A program made the position numbers and the translations under genes. Shown here in pieces: positions 1-9,503 of a DNA stretch of 64,000 bases; the stretch's first letter is position 1; every line of letters starts with the position of its first letter. Location: positions 4,544 to 68,543 of the forward strand of contig CAZUHK010000001.1 in NCBI GenBank assembly GCA_964620345.1, given 5' to 3'. Under the pieces are notes generated by a model that ran no database searches, was not told where the DNA came from, and saw only the letters and a program-made list of their open reading frames with translations. This DNA comes from an uncultured Planctomycetaceae bacterium. Its GTDB lineage: Bacteria > Planctomycetota > Phycisphaerae > Phycisphaerales > Zrk34.

Positions 1-44
1 GAAATCCCTCCCGCCATGCCGACCGGATACGAGATCAGGCCCAG

Positions 45-881
45 TCATTGGCGTGGCCTCTCTGAAGACTTGCTCCGAGAGGAATGCTTGAACGGCGCCA
101 CAAGCATTTCCCACAGCGTCCGCCAGAGCCGACCGCCTTCGTCATCGTGCAGGCCGAGCTCGATGGTTTCCGGTCGATCGCGCAAGCGAAAGGTGCGAAA
201 ACAGCGGTCCCAGATCGACAGCACGCTGGCGTAGTTCGAGTCGGTCTCCGGCTGCTCGCGTGAATGATGCACCCAGTGCATGCGGGGCGTGACGATCACC
301 AACCGAAGCCAGCGATCCGCCCGGGCCGGCAGTCGCACGTTGCTGTGGTGAAACAGAATGACCGGCAGCAGGACGGTTTCATAGACCAGCAACTGAGCCA
401 TGGTCATGCCCAGCAGCGGCAACACCAGCAGCCGGGCGAGGAACGAAAAAGCGATCTCCCCGGTGTGGAAACGGAAGGCGGAGGTCGCGTCCATCTCCCG
501 GTCGCTGTGATGAACCGCATGGAACCGCCACAGCAGCGGCACGCGATGATTCAGCCGATGCCATAGATACATCCACGCATCGAACACGATCAGCACGACG
601 ATCCAGTTCACCCAAGCCGGCGCCGACATCCAATGCCCGACGCCGAACGCTTGCTGAGCCGACCACTGCGTGACCAGCAGCATCATCGACGCGAACGGCA
701 CGGCGACAACCAGCGTGTTCAACACCGCCAGCGCCAGGTTGCGCAGCCCGTGCCTGGCCCGGTCCCGTCGCTCCAGGTACATCGGTGCAACCGATTCGAG
801 CACCCACAGCACGACCAGCAGCACCGTCGCCGCAAGCGGTTTGGAAATCGAAAGCCAATCGATGGATTCCAGATAACTCAT
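45..881 (-). CDS. fatty acid hydroxylase / sterol desaturase superfamily membrane protein
   Basis: 278-aa ORF with TM segments and histidine boxes HRLNH, HAVHH, HHSN, HWVHH. Start lies 3 nt after the stop of the upstream PstS-like gene. Confidence 0.8.
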   Translation of the reverse strand: MSYLESIDWLSISKPLAATVLLVVLWVLESVAPMYLERRDRARHGLRNLALAVLNTLVVAVPFASMMLLVTQWSAQQAFGVGHWMSAPAWVNWIVVLIVFDAWMYLWHRLNHRVPLLWRFHAVHHSDREMDATSAFRFHTGEIAFSFLARLLVLPLLGMTMAQLLVYETVLLPVILFHHSNVRLPARADRWLRLVIVTPRMHWVHHSREQPETDSNYASVLSIWDRCFRTFRLRDRPETIELGLHDDEGGRLWRTLWEMLVAPFKHSSRSKSSERPRQ

Positions 882-884
882 GAT

Positions 885-1811
885 CTATCGCCGTTGCTTG
901 GCAAGACGCTGCGGTTGAACAGGAACAAAGGACTGGGCCTCGACCAGATCGTTCACCGCCGACGACCCGGCGTAATCAATAAACGCCTCGGCCAACGGCG
1001 AGCGTTCACCATGGGTCACCAGGTTCAGCGGGCGCGACATCGCAAATAAGCCGTCGCGGACGTTGGCGGCCGTCGGATCAACGCCGTCGGTCGGCAGCAG
1101 CCGAATCGGCACACCCCGGCCGATCTCATGGTCGGCGGTTCCGATCGAGACATAACCGATCGCGTTGACATCGCCGGCCACCGTGCGAATGCCCTGCTGA
1201 TTGTCGCCGACGACGACGCTGGGCTTGACCTCCGCGCTGGCCAGGCCGAAGTGCTTGAGGAACACATCGAGGGTCGCCCGCCCGTCGGCCTTGCTGACCA
1301 CGGTGATCGGGGCAACGACGCCGCCGACCTGCGACCAGTTGGTGAACCGGCCGGTGTAGATCGCAATCACCTGCTCATCCGTCAGCGACTGTGCCGGGTT
1401 GTCGCGGTGCAGAATCATCCCCACGCCGTCCCTCGCGATGGTGTGGGCGGCCAGGTCGGTTTCCTGCGGTTTGAGGGCGCGTGAGGTCATGCCGATGTCG
1501 GCCGCGCCGCGCCTGACGTCGGCGATGCCGCGCGATGAGCCGCCGGCCTGCACGTCGACGCGCACGCCGGGGTGGCGTTGCTCGAACCGCTTGGCGATCT
1601 CGCCGGCCAGCGGCGCGACGGTGCTCGAACCGGTCAGGACGAGTTGGCCCCGCAGGCCGCCGTCGGGCGCTTGGGCGGCCGATTCCCGCTCGCCGCAGCC
1701 GGGAAGCATCAACAGCGCGGCGGTCAGTGAAATGGCTGTGATGACGCAGCCCGCTCGCCGGGGACAGATTCGCCACGCGATGCGCTGTTTTGTTCGATGC
1801 GTTGTCCGCAT
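885..1811 (-). CDS. PstS-family (PBP-like 2) phosphate/oxyanion-binding lipoprotein, no adjacent permease
   Basis: Motif LTGSSTVAPLAGEIAKRF...VQAGGSSRGI...GMTSRALK. N-terminal lipobox LLMLPGC. Confidence 0.8.
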   Translation of the reverse strand: MRTTHRTKQRIAWRICPRRAGCVITAISLTAALLMLPGCGERESAAQAPDGGLRGQLVLTGSSTVAPLAGEIAKRFEQRHPGVRVDVQAGGSSRGIADVRRGAADIGMTSRALKPQETDLAAHTIARDGVGMILHRDNPAQSLTDEQVIAIYTGRFTNWSQVGGVVAPITVVSKADGRATLDVFLKHFGLASAEVKPSVVVGDNQQGIRTVAGDVNAIGYVSIGTADHEIGRGVPIRLLPTDGVDPTAANVRDGLFAMSRPLNLVTHGERSPLAEAFIDYAGSSAVNDLVEAQSFVPVQPQRLAKQRR

Positions 1812-1852
1812 GGTTTTGGTATCCGTTCTGGACTACCCCGGCGGGTGAATCG

Positions 1853-2428
1853 TCAGTCCATCGGGGCACGCAGGTCCGCGCGAAGCCACTGAGACCATTC
1901 GTCATCGTAGCCGTGCACGCGCGGCCCGCCGTCGAGCGGTCGGCCTTCGTTGGCCCACTGAAAGATGCCGCCTTTGAGGTTGAATATTGGCCGCTCCCCT
2001 TCGGCCTGCCGCATCACGCGCTCGGCGGCCAAACCGGACCGATAGCCGATGCTGCAGTAGAAAACCACGGGCCGACCGGCACCGGCGTGTTCGAGTATCT
2101 CGGCCGGCGGCGGGCCGTCTTTGAAGTCCGCCCAAAGCACGGCCCCGGGCAGATGACTGACCCGATACTCCCGCGCGGATCGGGTATCGACGAGCAACAC
2201 GTCAGCCGATTCGTCCGCTTCGATCATCGCCACCAATTGCGATTGGCTCAGCACCGGGGCGTCGTACGCTTCGACCGCCCATTGGGCCTTGGCGTCGAAC
2301 GCCGCCGACTGATCCGCCGCGTCGCGGTTCGAGCAGCCGCTCAACAACGCAACCGCTCCCATCATCAGCGCGATGGCGACACGCTTGGCGCGGGGCAGGC
2401 CTGATTCGGCGATTCCATTGATACGCAT
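1853..2428 (-). CDS. rhodanese-domain sulfurtransferase lipoprotein
   Basis: Active-site loop FYCSIGYRSG. Lipobox ALLSGC. Start is 12 nt downstream of the arsR stop. Confidence 0.8.
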   Translation of the reverse strand: MRINGIAESGLPRAKRVAIALMMGAVALLSGCSNRDAADQSAAFDAKAQWAVEAYDAPVLSQSQLVAMIEADESADVLLVDTRSAREYRVSHLPGAVLWADFKDGPPPAEILEHAGAGRPVVFYCSIGYRSGLAAERVMRQAEGERPIFNLKGGIFQWANEGRPLDGGPRVHGYDDEWSQWLRADLRAPMD

Positions 2429-2440
2429 CCCACTGCCCTT

Positions 2441-2815
2441 TCAATCTTCTCGATGAACACCACTGAACCGCAACTGACAGCAGCCCAGGTCGATGCTGTC
2501 GGCGGACGTGCGGGCATGAAGGTCCGATGCCAGCCGATACCGCACCGCCTTGCCATCGCGCTCGGCCACGACCAGGCCCGCGTCGCGCATGACGCGCAGG
2601 TGATGCGAGAGCAAGCTCTGATCGATCCGAAGCATGTCGTTGAGCTCGCCCACGCGTCGGGGGTGGTCCAGCAGCAGGCGCACCACGCCCAGCCGCGTCG
2701 AATCAGACAACACGCGAAGAATCTGCGCGCACGGGTCGGCGCTCTGCGGGGCGCGGGCGGGGCGGCGGGTGCGGGGCGTTTGCATGTTGGGGCCTTCATA
2801 TGAACGGGCGTTCAT
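2441..2815 (-). CDS. arsR: ArsR/SmtB family transcriptional regulator
   Basis: HTH region ELNDMLRIDQSLLSHHLRVMRDAGLVVAERDGKAVRYRL. No ELCVCDL site, but a vicinal Cys pair (LGCCQL) near the C-terminus. The true start may be the internal Met at 2785. Confidence 0.85.
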   Translation of the reverse strand: MNARSYEGPNMQTPRTRRPARAPQSADPCAQILRVLSDSTRLGVVRLLLDHPRRVGELNDMLRIDQSLLSHHLRVMRDAGLVVAERDGKAVRYRLASDLHARTSADSIDLGCCQLRFSGVHRED

Positions 2816-2830
2816 TCATCCGGTCAAAGT

Positions 2831-2897
2831 GAACCCACGGCCGGGGGGGGGAGCCGTGGGTTCGGGTTGAACCCGCGGTTGGGGAAGCCGCGGGTTC
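2831..2897. repeat. two tandem related hairpins (stems GAACCCACGGC/GCCGTGGGTTC and GAACCCGCGG/CCGCGGGTTC) between arsM and arsR
   Basis: Read directly: 2831-2841 pairs with 2853-2863, and 2869-2878 pairs with 2888-2897. The single stem difference is compensated on both arms. Confidence 0.7.
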
Positions 2898-2919
2898 GGT
2901 CGGGAAACGGGCAAGTGAG

Positions 2920-4143
2920 CTAACAGCAGCCGGAATCGGGATCGCAGCAGGGCGAATCATCAGCCAGTTCAGTGGCCCGGTAGTCCAGGCCCTTGCTCTG
3001 GCGGGGCGGGCGGATCGCGGCATGGGCGCAATCAAAGGTCGGTGCATCTTCGATCGGCACGGCCTGGCGCGGCTCGACGCCGTTGACGTGACCGGCGTAG
3101 GGGCCCAGCGGATCGGTCATCAGTCGGTAGGTCTTCTCGCACACCGCCATGCGCTGGCCGCGGTGCAGCACGTGGCCGTCGTCATCGCGCACCTGCTTCC
3201 ACGGGCCGGTGTAGATCACCGCCTGATTGCGGTCCAGGCAAGGCCCTTCCTTGCCCTTGTACGCGCGGACGGTGACGGAGCGGAACTCGATGCCATCGAT
3301 CGTCTGCCACGGCTCATCCTGACGCTTGAGCAACTCGACGCCGTAGAAGCCGGCTTCCTCGAACATTTTGAGAAACCGATCCTCGCGGAATGCGCCTGAA
3401 AGGCAGCCGGACCACAGATGCGGGTCATTGAGAATCTCAGGCGTGGGGTCTTCGTCGCAGACAATGTCCGAGATGACCACGCGGCCGCCGGGCCGAAGCA
3501 CGCGATGCATTTCGCCGAAGAGCTGCTGCTTCTCTTGGGTACGCACGAGGTTCAGCACGCAGTTGCTCACGATCAGATCGACGCTGTTGTCAGCGACGAG
3601 CGGTTCATCCCGGCGAAGCCGATCGCAATACGCGCGGTACTCATCGGCCTGCTCGACGCTGGTGATCGGGTTGTCCGCCAGCCACGCGGCGGCACGATCG
3701 AGGTCGAGCGCCATGTCCTGAATCCGTGCCTTGCGGAACGCGACGTTGCGACAACCGATTTTCTCCGCCATCTGGTCCTGATGCTTTCGGGCCAGCGCCA
3801 ACATCGCGTCGTTGAAGTCCAGGCCGATGACGCGGCCGGCCGCCCCGACCTTCTGGGCGAGGATGTAACACACCTTGCCCGCGCCGCAGCCCAGGTCCAT
3901 CACCACGTCGCCGGCGCGGGCGTGGGCCGATGGATCGCCGCAGCCATAATCCTTCTCGATGATCTCGTCGGGCAGCATCTTCAGATATTGCGCGTCGTAC
4001 TCGGCCGTGGGGCAGCACAGCCCCGGCTCGAACGTCCGGGCCCCCTTGGCGTAGCGATCACGAATCGCGTGTTCCAGCGACGAGCCATCCGATTCGGACA
4101 CGCCCGGGTGGCGCGGATCGCTTTGCAGCAGGTGTGCATTCAT
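2920..4143 (-). CDS. arsM: arsenite S-adenosylmethionine methyltransferase (ArsM-like)
   Basis: SAM motif VMDLGCGAGK. ArsM-type cysteines (GLCCPT, DYGCGDP, SNCVLNL, WSGCLSGA). Cys-rich C-terminal tail SPCCDPDSGCC. Start chosen at MNAHLL; the ORF is open to 4197. Confidence 0.8.
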   Translation of the reverse strand: MNAHLLQSDPRHPGVSESDGSSLEHAIRDRYAKGARTFEPGLCCPTAEYDAQYLKMLPDEIIEKDYGCGDPSAHARAGDVVMDLGCGAGKVCYILAQKVGAAGRVIGLDFNDAMLALARKHQDQMAEKIGCRNVAFRKARIQDMALDLDRAAAWLADNPITSVEQADEYRAYCDRLRRDEPLVADNSVDLIVSNCVLNLVRTQEKQQLFGEMHRVLRPGGRVVISDIVCDEDPTPEILNDPHLWSGCLSGAFREDRFLKMFEEAGFYGVELLKRQDEPWQTIDGIEFRSVTVRAYKGKEGPCLDRNQAVIYTGPWKQVRDDDGHVLHRGQRMAVCEKTYRLMTDPLGPYAGHVNGVEPRQAVPIEDAPTFDCAHAAIRPPRQSKGLDYRATELADDSPCCDPDSGCC

Positions 4144-4638
4144 GTTTGTTGATTCCACTTCCATCGGCCCGACCTGGCCGCATCCATTGTAACGCACGGT
4201 TTGCTTGCGGTTAGCGGTATGTCGTGCTCGTCCGCCGGACCTTACGCCTGCGGATCAGGAATTCTTGACCTCCGATCGCCGCATCGCCCCAGCACGGTCA
4301 GGCCCATCCGCCACGCGCGGCCCGCGGCCACCTCGCCGCCGACATGCCGCCGACCAGACCTTGCACCAGTCATTGATCCACTTCGCCTTCAACACCGCCT
4401 TCACCGCCGGATGCTGGGCCAGCGACTTCTACCAACGCCAACGCGCCAAGGAAAAAGCACACTACACCGCTGGCATCACCAGGTCGGGCCAAACGGGAAA
4501 CGTCGGTTACTGTTTTACCCGGTGCCCCTGCCTCGGTAGGTGGTTTAATGGCGGCAGTCAGGGTCACGGAGCTAAGATGTCCCAAGCGATCGGGCACCCG
4601 ACCCCGACCTTCCGAACGAGTCCAAACAGGGAGCTTCC

Positions 4639-6486
4639 ATGCCACCGATCACCGCGTCCACACGTCAGCCGCTGCTGCCATGGCTGCTGCTCGCCCTGCT
4701 GTTGCCGGGCGGCCGGACCTTATTGGCCGCCGATCCGCAACCGGTCCGGCGGGATTTCGGCTACATCACCGACGGCCACCACTACCGGGAAATCTGGTGG
4801 CGCGAATACCGATCCGATGAGGCCACGGCGCTGCTGCTGCATTTCAACCCGCCACGGTCTGTCGCCTGGGCCCGGCCGGGCGACCGCAAGATCGCCGCGG
4901 CAGAAGAACCGGCGAACGAAGAGATCGACGCCCTGTTCGCCGACGCCCTCGACGAAAACAAGGCCGATGCCGGGCTGGGGATGGATGTCGGACTCAAGGT
5001 GGAAAAATCCATGGGACGCGACCGCGACGAAGTCCCCCCCGATGGTGTCGTTTACGACTACAGCCCGAATGAGGTCTCGATCAACCTGCCCGAGGGCATC
5101 GCCAAAACAGAGAATGGCCGATTCGACGCAGGGCTGGCGTTTTCCGGCCGGGCCGGCTTGCGACTGGTGATCGGCAAGCGCGGCTCGGTCGAGTCCATGG
5201 AAGGATGGTTCTACCCGGAGAAACTGCCCAAGGAGGAACCGGTCGGCCTGCTGGCCAGTCGCGCCGACGGGGCGCGGCTGCTGTTGCGCCCCGATGGACA
5301 CGTCGAGCTGCGATGGCGGAAATCTGCCAACAACACCGCATGGAAAAGTCTGCGAAGCAAAGACCCCATCGAACCGGGGCAATGGACACACATCGCCGTC
5401 TACGACTGGCTGACCCACCACGTGGAGGAATTCAGGGGCCACCGGCCGGAAATCCGGCTCGGGATCAACGGCAAGGTCAGCGCAAGCACCAAAACGCGAT
5501 ACCAAAAACCTGCGGGCGAGCACTTCATGAAGCCCGGCGTCTTCTTCATCGGCCAACGTCCCGACGGCGATGGCTTGTTCACCGGCCGCATGGACGAAAT
5601 CCGCGTGGCCAGCCGACGACGCTACGTCGAACCGACCGACCAGCCGTGGCTCGATCCCCAACGCAGCAACGCGGTGAACTTCGCCCCCCCCGACTTCCCG
5701 GAGGATACCCGCGTCTTTCACGCAGACTTTGAAAGCCCCAAATTGCCCGTCGCTTCCAAACCCGATGCCCGCATCGACTGGGACCCGGGCGAAGACGCCT
5801 CGTTCGAAGATATGCAGATCGACGGTCCCTACGGCCGGGCTCTGGTGATCGATCCGGCGCTGGGGTTTGCGAAGATCCCCATCCACGGCCTGGACCCGCA
5901 CCAAGGCACCTTCGAGATGTTCATCAAGCCCATGAACTGGGACAACCATCAGTACGCCGCGACGAAATGGCGGAATTACCGCATGGCCGTCGCCCGCTTC
6001 ATGGGCCGCCACAAGCCCAGCGGCCGCATCGTCGAGTTCATGCGCATCACCATCCCCCGCGCCTCGATCTTCGACCGGCCGGCACAGACCATGCGCCCCG
6101 GCCAGTGGAGCCACCTGATATTCACCTGGTCCCGGGAAGACCGCCACGACAGCGAGTGGGGCAAGCGCCCCGCCGGCACACCCGCGACGGGCTTGAAGGG
6201 GCTGCGCAACGGCCGGGACATCTGGATCGTCAACCTCGAACGCGATGGCGAGCTGATCCAGACCGACGAGGACCTGGACAAAATCGAGCCGCGCTACGTG
6301 GAGCTCGGCATTGCCCAGGACATCGCGGCCTGGCAGTACGAGCGGCCCACGATCGCCGTGGACGAGGTCATCGGACACGATCGGCCGCTGAACCAAGCGC
6401 AGCAGATCCGCGCCTGGACGCGCTGGGGCGGGCCCAGGCCCGAACCGGACGAGGCGACCGAGGCCGATGAGAAAGACGGCGGATGA
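4639..6486 (+). CDS. secreted LamG/concanavalin-like domain protein
   Basis: Signal peptide PLLPWLLLALLLPGG. Two jelly-roll-like segments ending in GRMDEIRVA- and VDEV-type motifs. Confidence 0.65.
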   Translation: MPPITASTRQPLLPWLLLALLLPGGRTLLAADPQPVRRDFGYITDGHHYREIWWREYRSDEATALLLHFNPPRSVAWARPGDRKIAAAEEPANEEIDALFADALDENKADAGLGMDVGLKVEKSMGRDRDEVPPDGVVYDYSPNEVSINLPEGIAKTENGRFDAGLAFSGRAGLRLVIGKRGSVESMEGWFYPEKLPKEEPVGLLASRADGARLLLRPDGHVELRWRKSANNTAWKSLRSKDPIEPGQWTHIAVYDWLTHHVEEFRGHRPEIRLGINGKVSASTKTRYQKPAGEHFMKPGVFFIGQRPDGDGLFTGRMDEIRVASRRRYVEPTDQPWLDPQRSNAVNFAPPDFPEDTRVFHADFESPKLPVASKPDARIDWDPGEDASFEDMQIDGPYGRALVIDPALGFAKIPIHGLDPHQGTFEMFIKPMNWDNHQYAATKWRNYRMAVARFMGRHKPSGRIVEFMRITIPRASIFDRPAQTMRPGQWSHLIFTWSREDRHDSEWGKRPAGTPATGLKGLRNGRDIWIVNLERDGELIQTDEDLDKIEPRYVELGIAQDIAAWQYERPTIAVDEVIGHDRPLNQAQQIRAWTRWGGPRPEPDEATEADEKDGG

Positions 6487-6732
6487 GTTGTCAGCCCGAC
6501 CGCAGATCGCACGTCGCTGAGAAGTTGAATGCCCCGATCCCCCGGCCGACCGCCGCCCAGATGCCTCAAAAGCCCTGAGGGTCGCCACACCGATCTCGCT
6601 CGCCCATAAAGCACTTACCGCTTAGCGCAATCGGCGCTGTCGCCGTGGTCCGATTACCCCTCGCGGACCCGCTCAACACGAACCCCGACCGGGAGCGAGC
6701 GGTCGTCGGGCGGGGGACCGGGCGGGCGTGGG

Positions 6733-7749
6733 TCACCCCAGCATCTTTGCGATATCGACCGGGTTGCCCGTCTGGCAGCTCTCGACCGCGGCGCAGACCA
6801 TGGCGAAGCTCTTGATGTTGTCGTGGCATTCGCTCTGGGGGACCGTGCCGTGGGCCAGGAACCGGAGCATCTCGCGGATCGCCGCGTGCTGGCCGCGGAC
6901 GTCGGGCTGCTCGGCCCGCACATCCACCGCGGTCGGCTCGGGCGTGAAGCCATCGCCATCGCTGCGGTAGCCGGTGGCGCGTTGGTCGTGCTCGTAATGG
7001 AGCGAGCCATCGGTGCATTGGAAGCGCCAGTCGCCGTCCCATGAATTGTGCCGGCCCCGGGCGCACCACGAGCCGGCGTAGCTGAAGCGCACCTGGTCGG
7101 TCATGCGAAACACCGCGTGCGCGGCGATGCCATCGCGGCCCCAGGAGTCGGGCGTGTTGAAGTCCTCGGCGTAGACGCGCAGCGGATCGACGCGGCCCAT
7201 CTTGCGGGCCAGGTCGAAGTGGTGGATCGCCATGTCGACCAGCAGCACGTGGTCCATCGCCGCGCGGAAGCCGCCGAAGTTCGAGCGGAGAAAGAAGTCG
7301 CACTTGATCGCGGTAAGCCGGCCGAGGGTGGCGTTGCCGACCGCCTCGGCGACGTCGAGCACGCCCGCGTTCCACCGCCGGCTCTGGCTGACCATGTACA
7401 TCATGCCGGTCTGTTCGGCCGTGGCGACCATGCGCCTGGCCTGCTCGAATGTCTCGGCCATGGGCTTTTCGCCGATGACGTGCCGGCCGGCTTCGAGCGC
7501 CTTGCAGGTCACGTCGGCGTGGGCGGACGGCACGGTCAGGTCCACCACGAAGTCGCAGGCGTGATCGGCCAGCGCCTTGTCCAGGTCGTCGTACGCCACG
7601 GCGCCGTCGACCTCGTGCTCTTCGATTCTCTGCTCGGCCGCCTGCTTGCGCAGATCGACCACGGCGGGGATGCTCACCCCCTCGGCCAGCAGCGACTTGA
7701 ACCACGGGTGGGAAATGCCCCCCGCGCCGACGACGATTGCTTGTGCCAT
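6733..7749 (-). CDS. Gfo/Idh/MocA family oxidoreductase
   Basis: N-terminal Rossmann IVVGAGGIS and the EKP motif (VIGEKPMAE). Confidence 0.85.
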   Translation of the reverse strand: MAQAIVVGAGGISHPWFKSLLAEGVSIPAVVDLRKQAAEQRIEEHEVDGAVAYDDLDKALADHACDFVVDLTVPSAHADVTCKALEAGRHVIGEKPMAETFEQARRMVATAEQTGMMYMVSQSRRWNAGVLDVAEAVGNATLGRLTAIKCDFFLRSNFGGFRAAMDHVLLVDMAIHHFDLARKMGRVDPLRVYAEDFNTPDSWGRDGIAAHAVFRMTDQVRFSYAGSWCARGRHNSWDGDWRFQCTDGSLHYEHDQRATGYRSDGDGFTPEPTAVDVRAEQPDVRGQHAAIREMLRFLAHGTVPQSECHDNIKSFAMVCAAVESCQTGNPVDIAKMLG

Positions 7750-7776
7750 GTCAGATCGTTCCTGTTCGATTCGGCC

Positions 7777-8553
7777 CTACAACAAATGCGTTTCGAGGAA
7801 AGCCACCGTCGTCGCCAGCAGGCGTTCGCGGTCGGGCACCTCGGTGAAATCGTGATCGGCGGTGGTCATCTCGATCCGCTCGCACGGGCGGTGGAGCTGG
7901 GCGCACCGCCGCTGGTAGTGTCGCGATTCGTCGACATCGACCACCTCATCGGCGGTGGAATGGAAGACGATGATCGGCGCATCGCTGTCGGCGAGGCGAG
8001 CGGGGGTGTTGACCGCGTCGAGCGCGGCGACGAAGCCGGCGCCGAGCTTCAGGCCACGGTACGGCGCCCAGCCCTGGTGTTCGAGCACGGCGCGCAGACC
8101 GGTCTTGGCCGTGGCGCCGAAGGTGCGCGGCATGTCGTACACCGGCGCCCACAGGGCCAGCGCCGCGGCGTTTCGCTCGGCGTCGATCGCCACGGCCGGC
8201 AGCGCCCCCAGCGACACGCCGACCCACGCCAGCTTCCGGTGGTCGCACCACGGCTGGGCCGCGGCCCAGTCGGCCACGGCGCGGCAGTCGTCGATCATGC
8301 GCCCGATGGTGTGTTCGGTGAAGTCGCCGGTCGATTCGCCGCAGCCGGACTGATCGAAGCGGACGCAGGCGATGCCGACCGCGTTGAGCCGGCGGGCGAA
8401 CTCGACCTGGTGATAGCTCTTGCCCAGCCGATTACCCGTCAGGCCGTGGACCACGAAGACCGTGGGCCGGGGGCCATCGCCCTCATCAGGCCGATCGACG
8501 GACACGGCGAGCCGCTCGTCGCCGCTGGGTATGTGATGGAACGTCATCGCCAT
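7777..8553 (-). CDS. alpha/beta hydrolase
   Basis: HGLTGN oxyanion region and nucleophile elbow GVSLGA. Start set at MAMTFHH; the upstream part of the ORF is acidic low-complexity. Confidence 0.75.
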   Translation of the reverse strand: MAMTFHHIPSGDERLAVSVDRPDEGDGPRPTVFVVHGLTGNRLGKSYHQVEFARRLNAVGIACVRFDQSGCGESTGDFTEHTIGRMIDDCRAVADWAAAQPWCDHRKLAWVGVSLGALPAVAIDAERNAAALALWAPVYDMPRTFGATAKTGLRAVLEHQGWAPYRGLKLGAGFVAALDAVNTPARLADSDAPIIVFHSTADEVVDVDESRHYQRRCAQLHRPCERIEMTTADHDFTEVPDRERLLATTVAFLETHLL

Positions 8554-8705
8554 GGCGGGCGATTGTAATGCAATGCGCCGCGCATTGTCCTCGTCCGCGT
8601 CATCGTCATCGTCCGCGTACTCGGTCCTCCATTGCAACGCTTCGATTACGATTACGAGGATGAACGAGGGCGCGACGGTCACGGCGTGATCGCTATGATG
8701 CGGAG

Positions 8706-9503
8706 ATGGCGAGCAAACGGACGAGGGCCGACGATTTTCCCCCCGAGCTTCGCGACGCGTCGCGCGGGCCGCGGCTGCACAAGGCGATGGCCGAGGCGGG
8801 CGTGGGCTCGCGTCGTGCCTGCGAGCGGTTGATCGAGCAGGGGCTGGTAACGGTCAACGGCCACCGCGTGACCGAGCCGCCGGTGTGGATTGACCCGGCG
8901 CAGGATCACATCGCGGTGGACGGCAAGCCCGTGGCGCGCAAGAAGCGTGAGCTGGGCAAGCTGTACCTGATGGTGAACAAGCCGCGCGGGGTGATCTGCA
9001 CCAACCGCGACGAGCTGGGCCGGCGGCGGGTGATCGACCTGGTGCCCCACCACCAGCGGCTGCACTGCGTGGGCCGGCTCGACGCCGATTCGACCGGCCT
9101 GGTCCTGCTGACCAACGACGGCGAGCTGACGCACAAGCTTGCCCACCCCAGCCACGAGGTGGCCAAGACGTATCGGGTCACCATCCAGGGCCGGCTCGAC
9201 GAGGCCGCGGTCGATCGGCTGACAAACGGCATCTTTCTGGCCGACCGCACCGGCACACAAGGCAAGGCCCGCGCGACGAAGGTGCGCTTCGTCGATCGCG
9301 ATCGCGAGCGCACGCGGCTGGAGATCACGCTCCGCGAAGGCCGCAACCGCGAGATCCGCCGCATGCTCGCCAAGCTCGGTCACAAGGTGACCAAGCTGCG
9401 CCGCGTGGCGATCGGCGGCGTGGTGCTCAAAGCCGTGGCCTCGGGTCAGTGGCGGGCGCTGAGCCGCGCCGAACTCAGCACGCTGCGCAAGGCCGGCGGA
9501 TAG
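8706..9503 (+). CDS. pseudouridine synthase, RsuA/RluB family
   Basis: S4 domain (RLHKAMAEAGVGSRRACERLIEQGLVTVNG) and catalytic GRLDADSTGLVLLTNDG. Confidence 0.85.
   Translation: MASKRTRADDFPPELRDASRGPRLHKAMAEAGVGSRRACERLIEQGLVTVNGHRVTEPPVWIDPAQDHIAVDGKPVARKKRELGKLYLMVNKPRGVICTNRDELGRRRVIDLVPHHQRLHCVGRLDADSTGLVLLTNDGELTHKLAHPSHEVAKTYRVTIQGRLDEAAVDRLTNGIFLADRTGTQGKARATKVRFVDRDRERTRLEITLREGRNREIRRMLAKLGHKVTKLRRVAIGGVVLKAVASGQWRALSRAELSTLRKAGG

Noticed and set aside
4330-4440. Minus-strand protein-like fragment (..KSLAQHPAVKAVLKAKWINDWCKVW..) in the arsM/LamG intergenic region.
   Set aside because: About 55 codons, beginning right after a stop, with no start codon or family match I can recognise. 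Possibly a gene remnant, but unsupported.
4440-4638. c-di-GMP-I (GEMM)-like or other riboswitch in the 441-nt region upstream of the LamG protein.
   Set aside because: It shares only short strings (GGGCCAAAC, CGGTAGGTGG) with the GEMM consensus and lacks the ACGCAAAGCC core. Long-range pairing GGTGCCCC...GGGCACC alone is not diagnostic.
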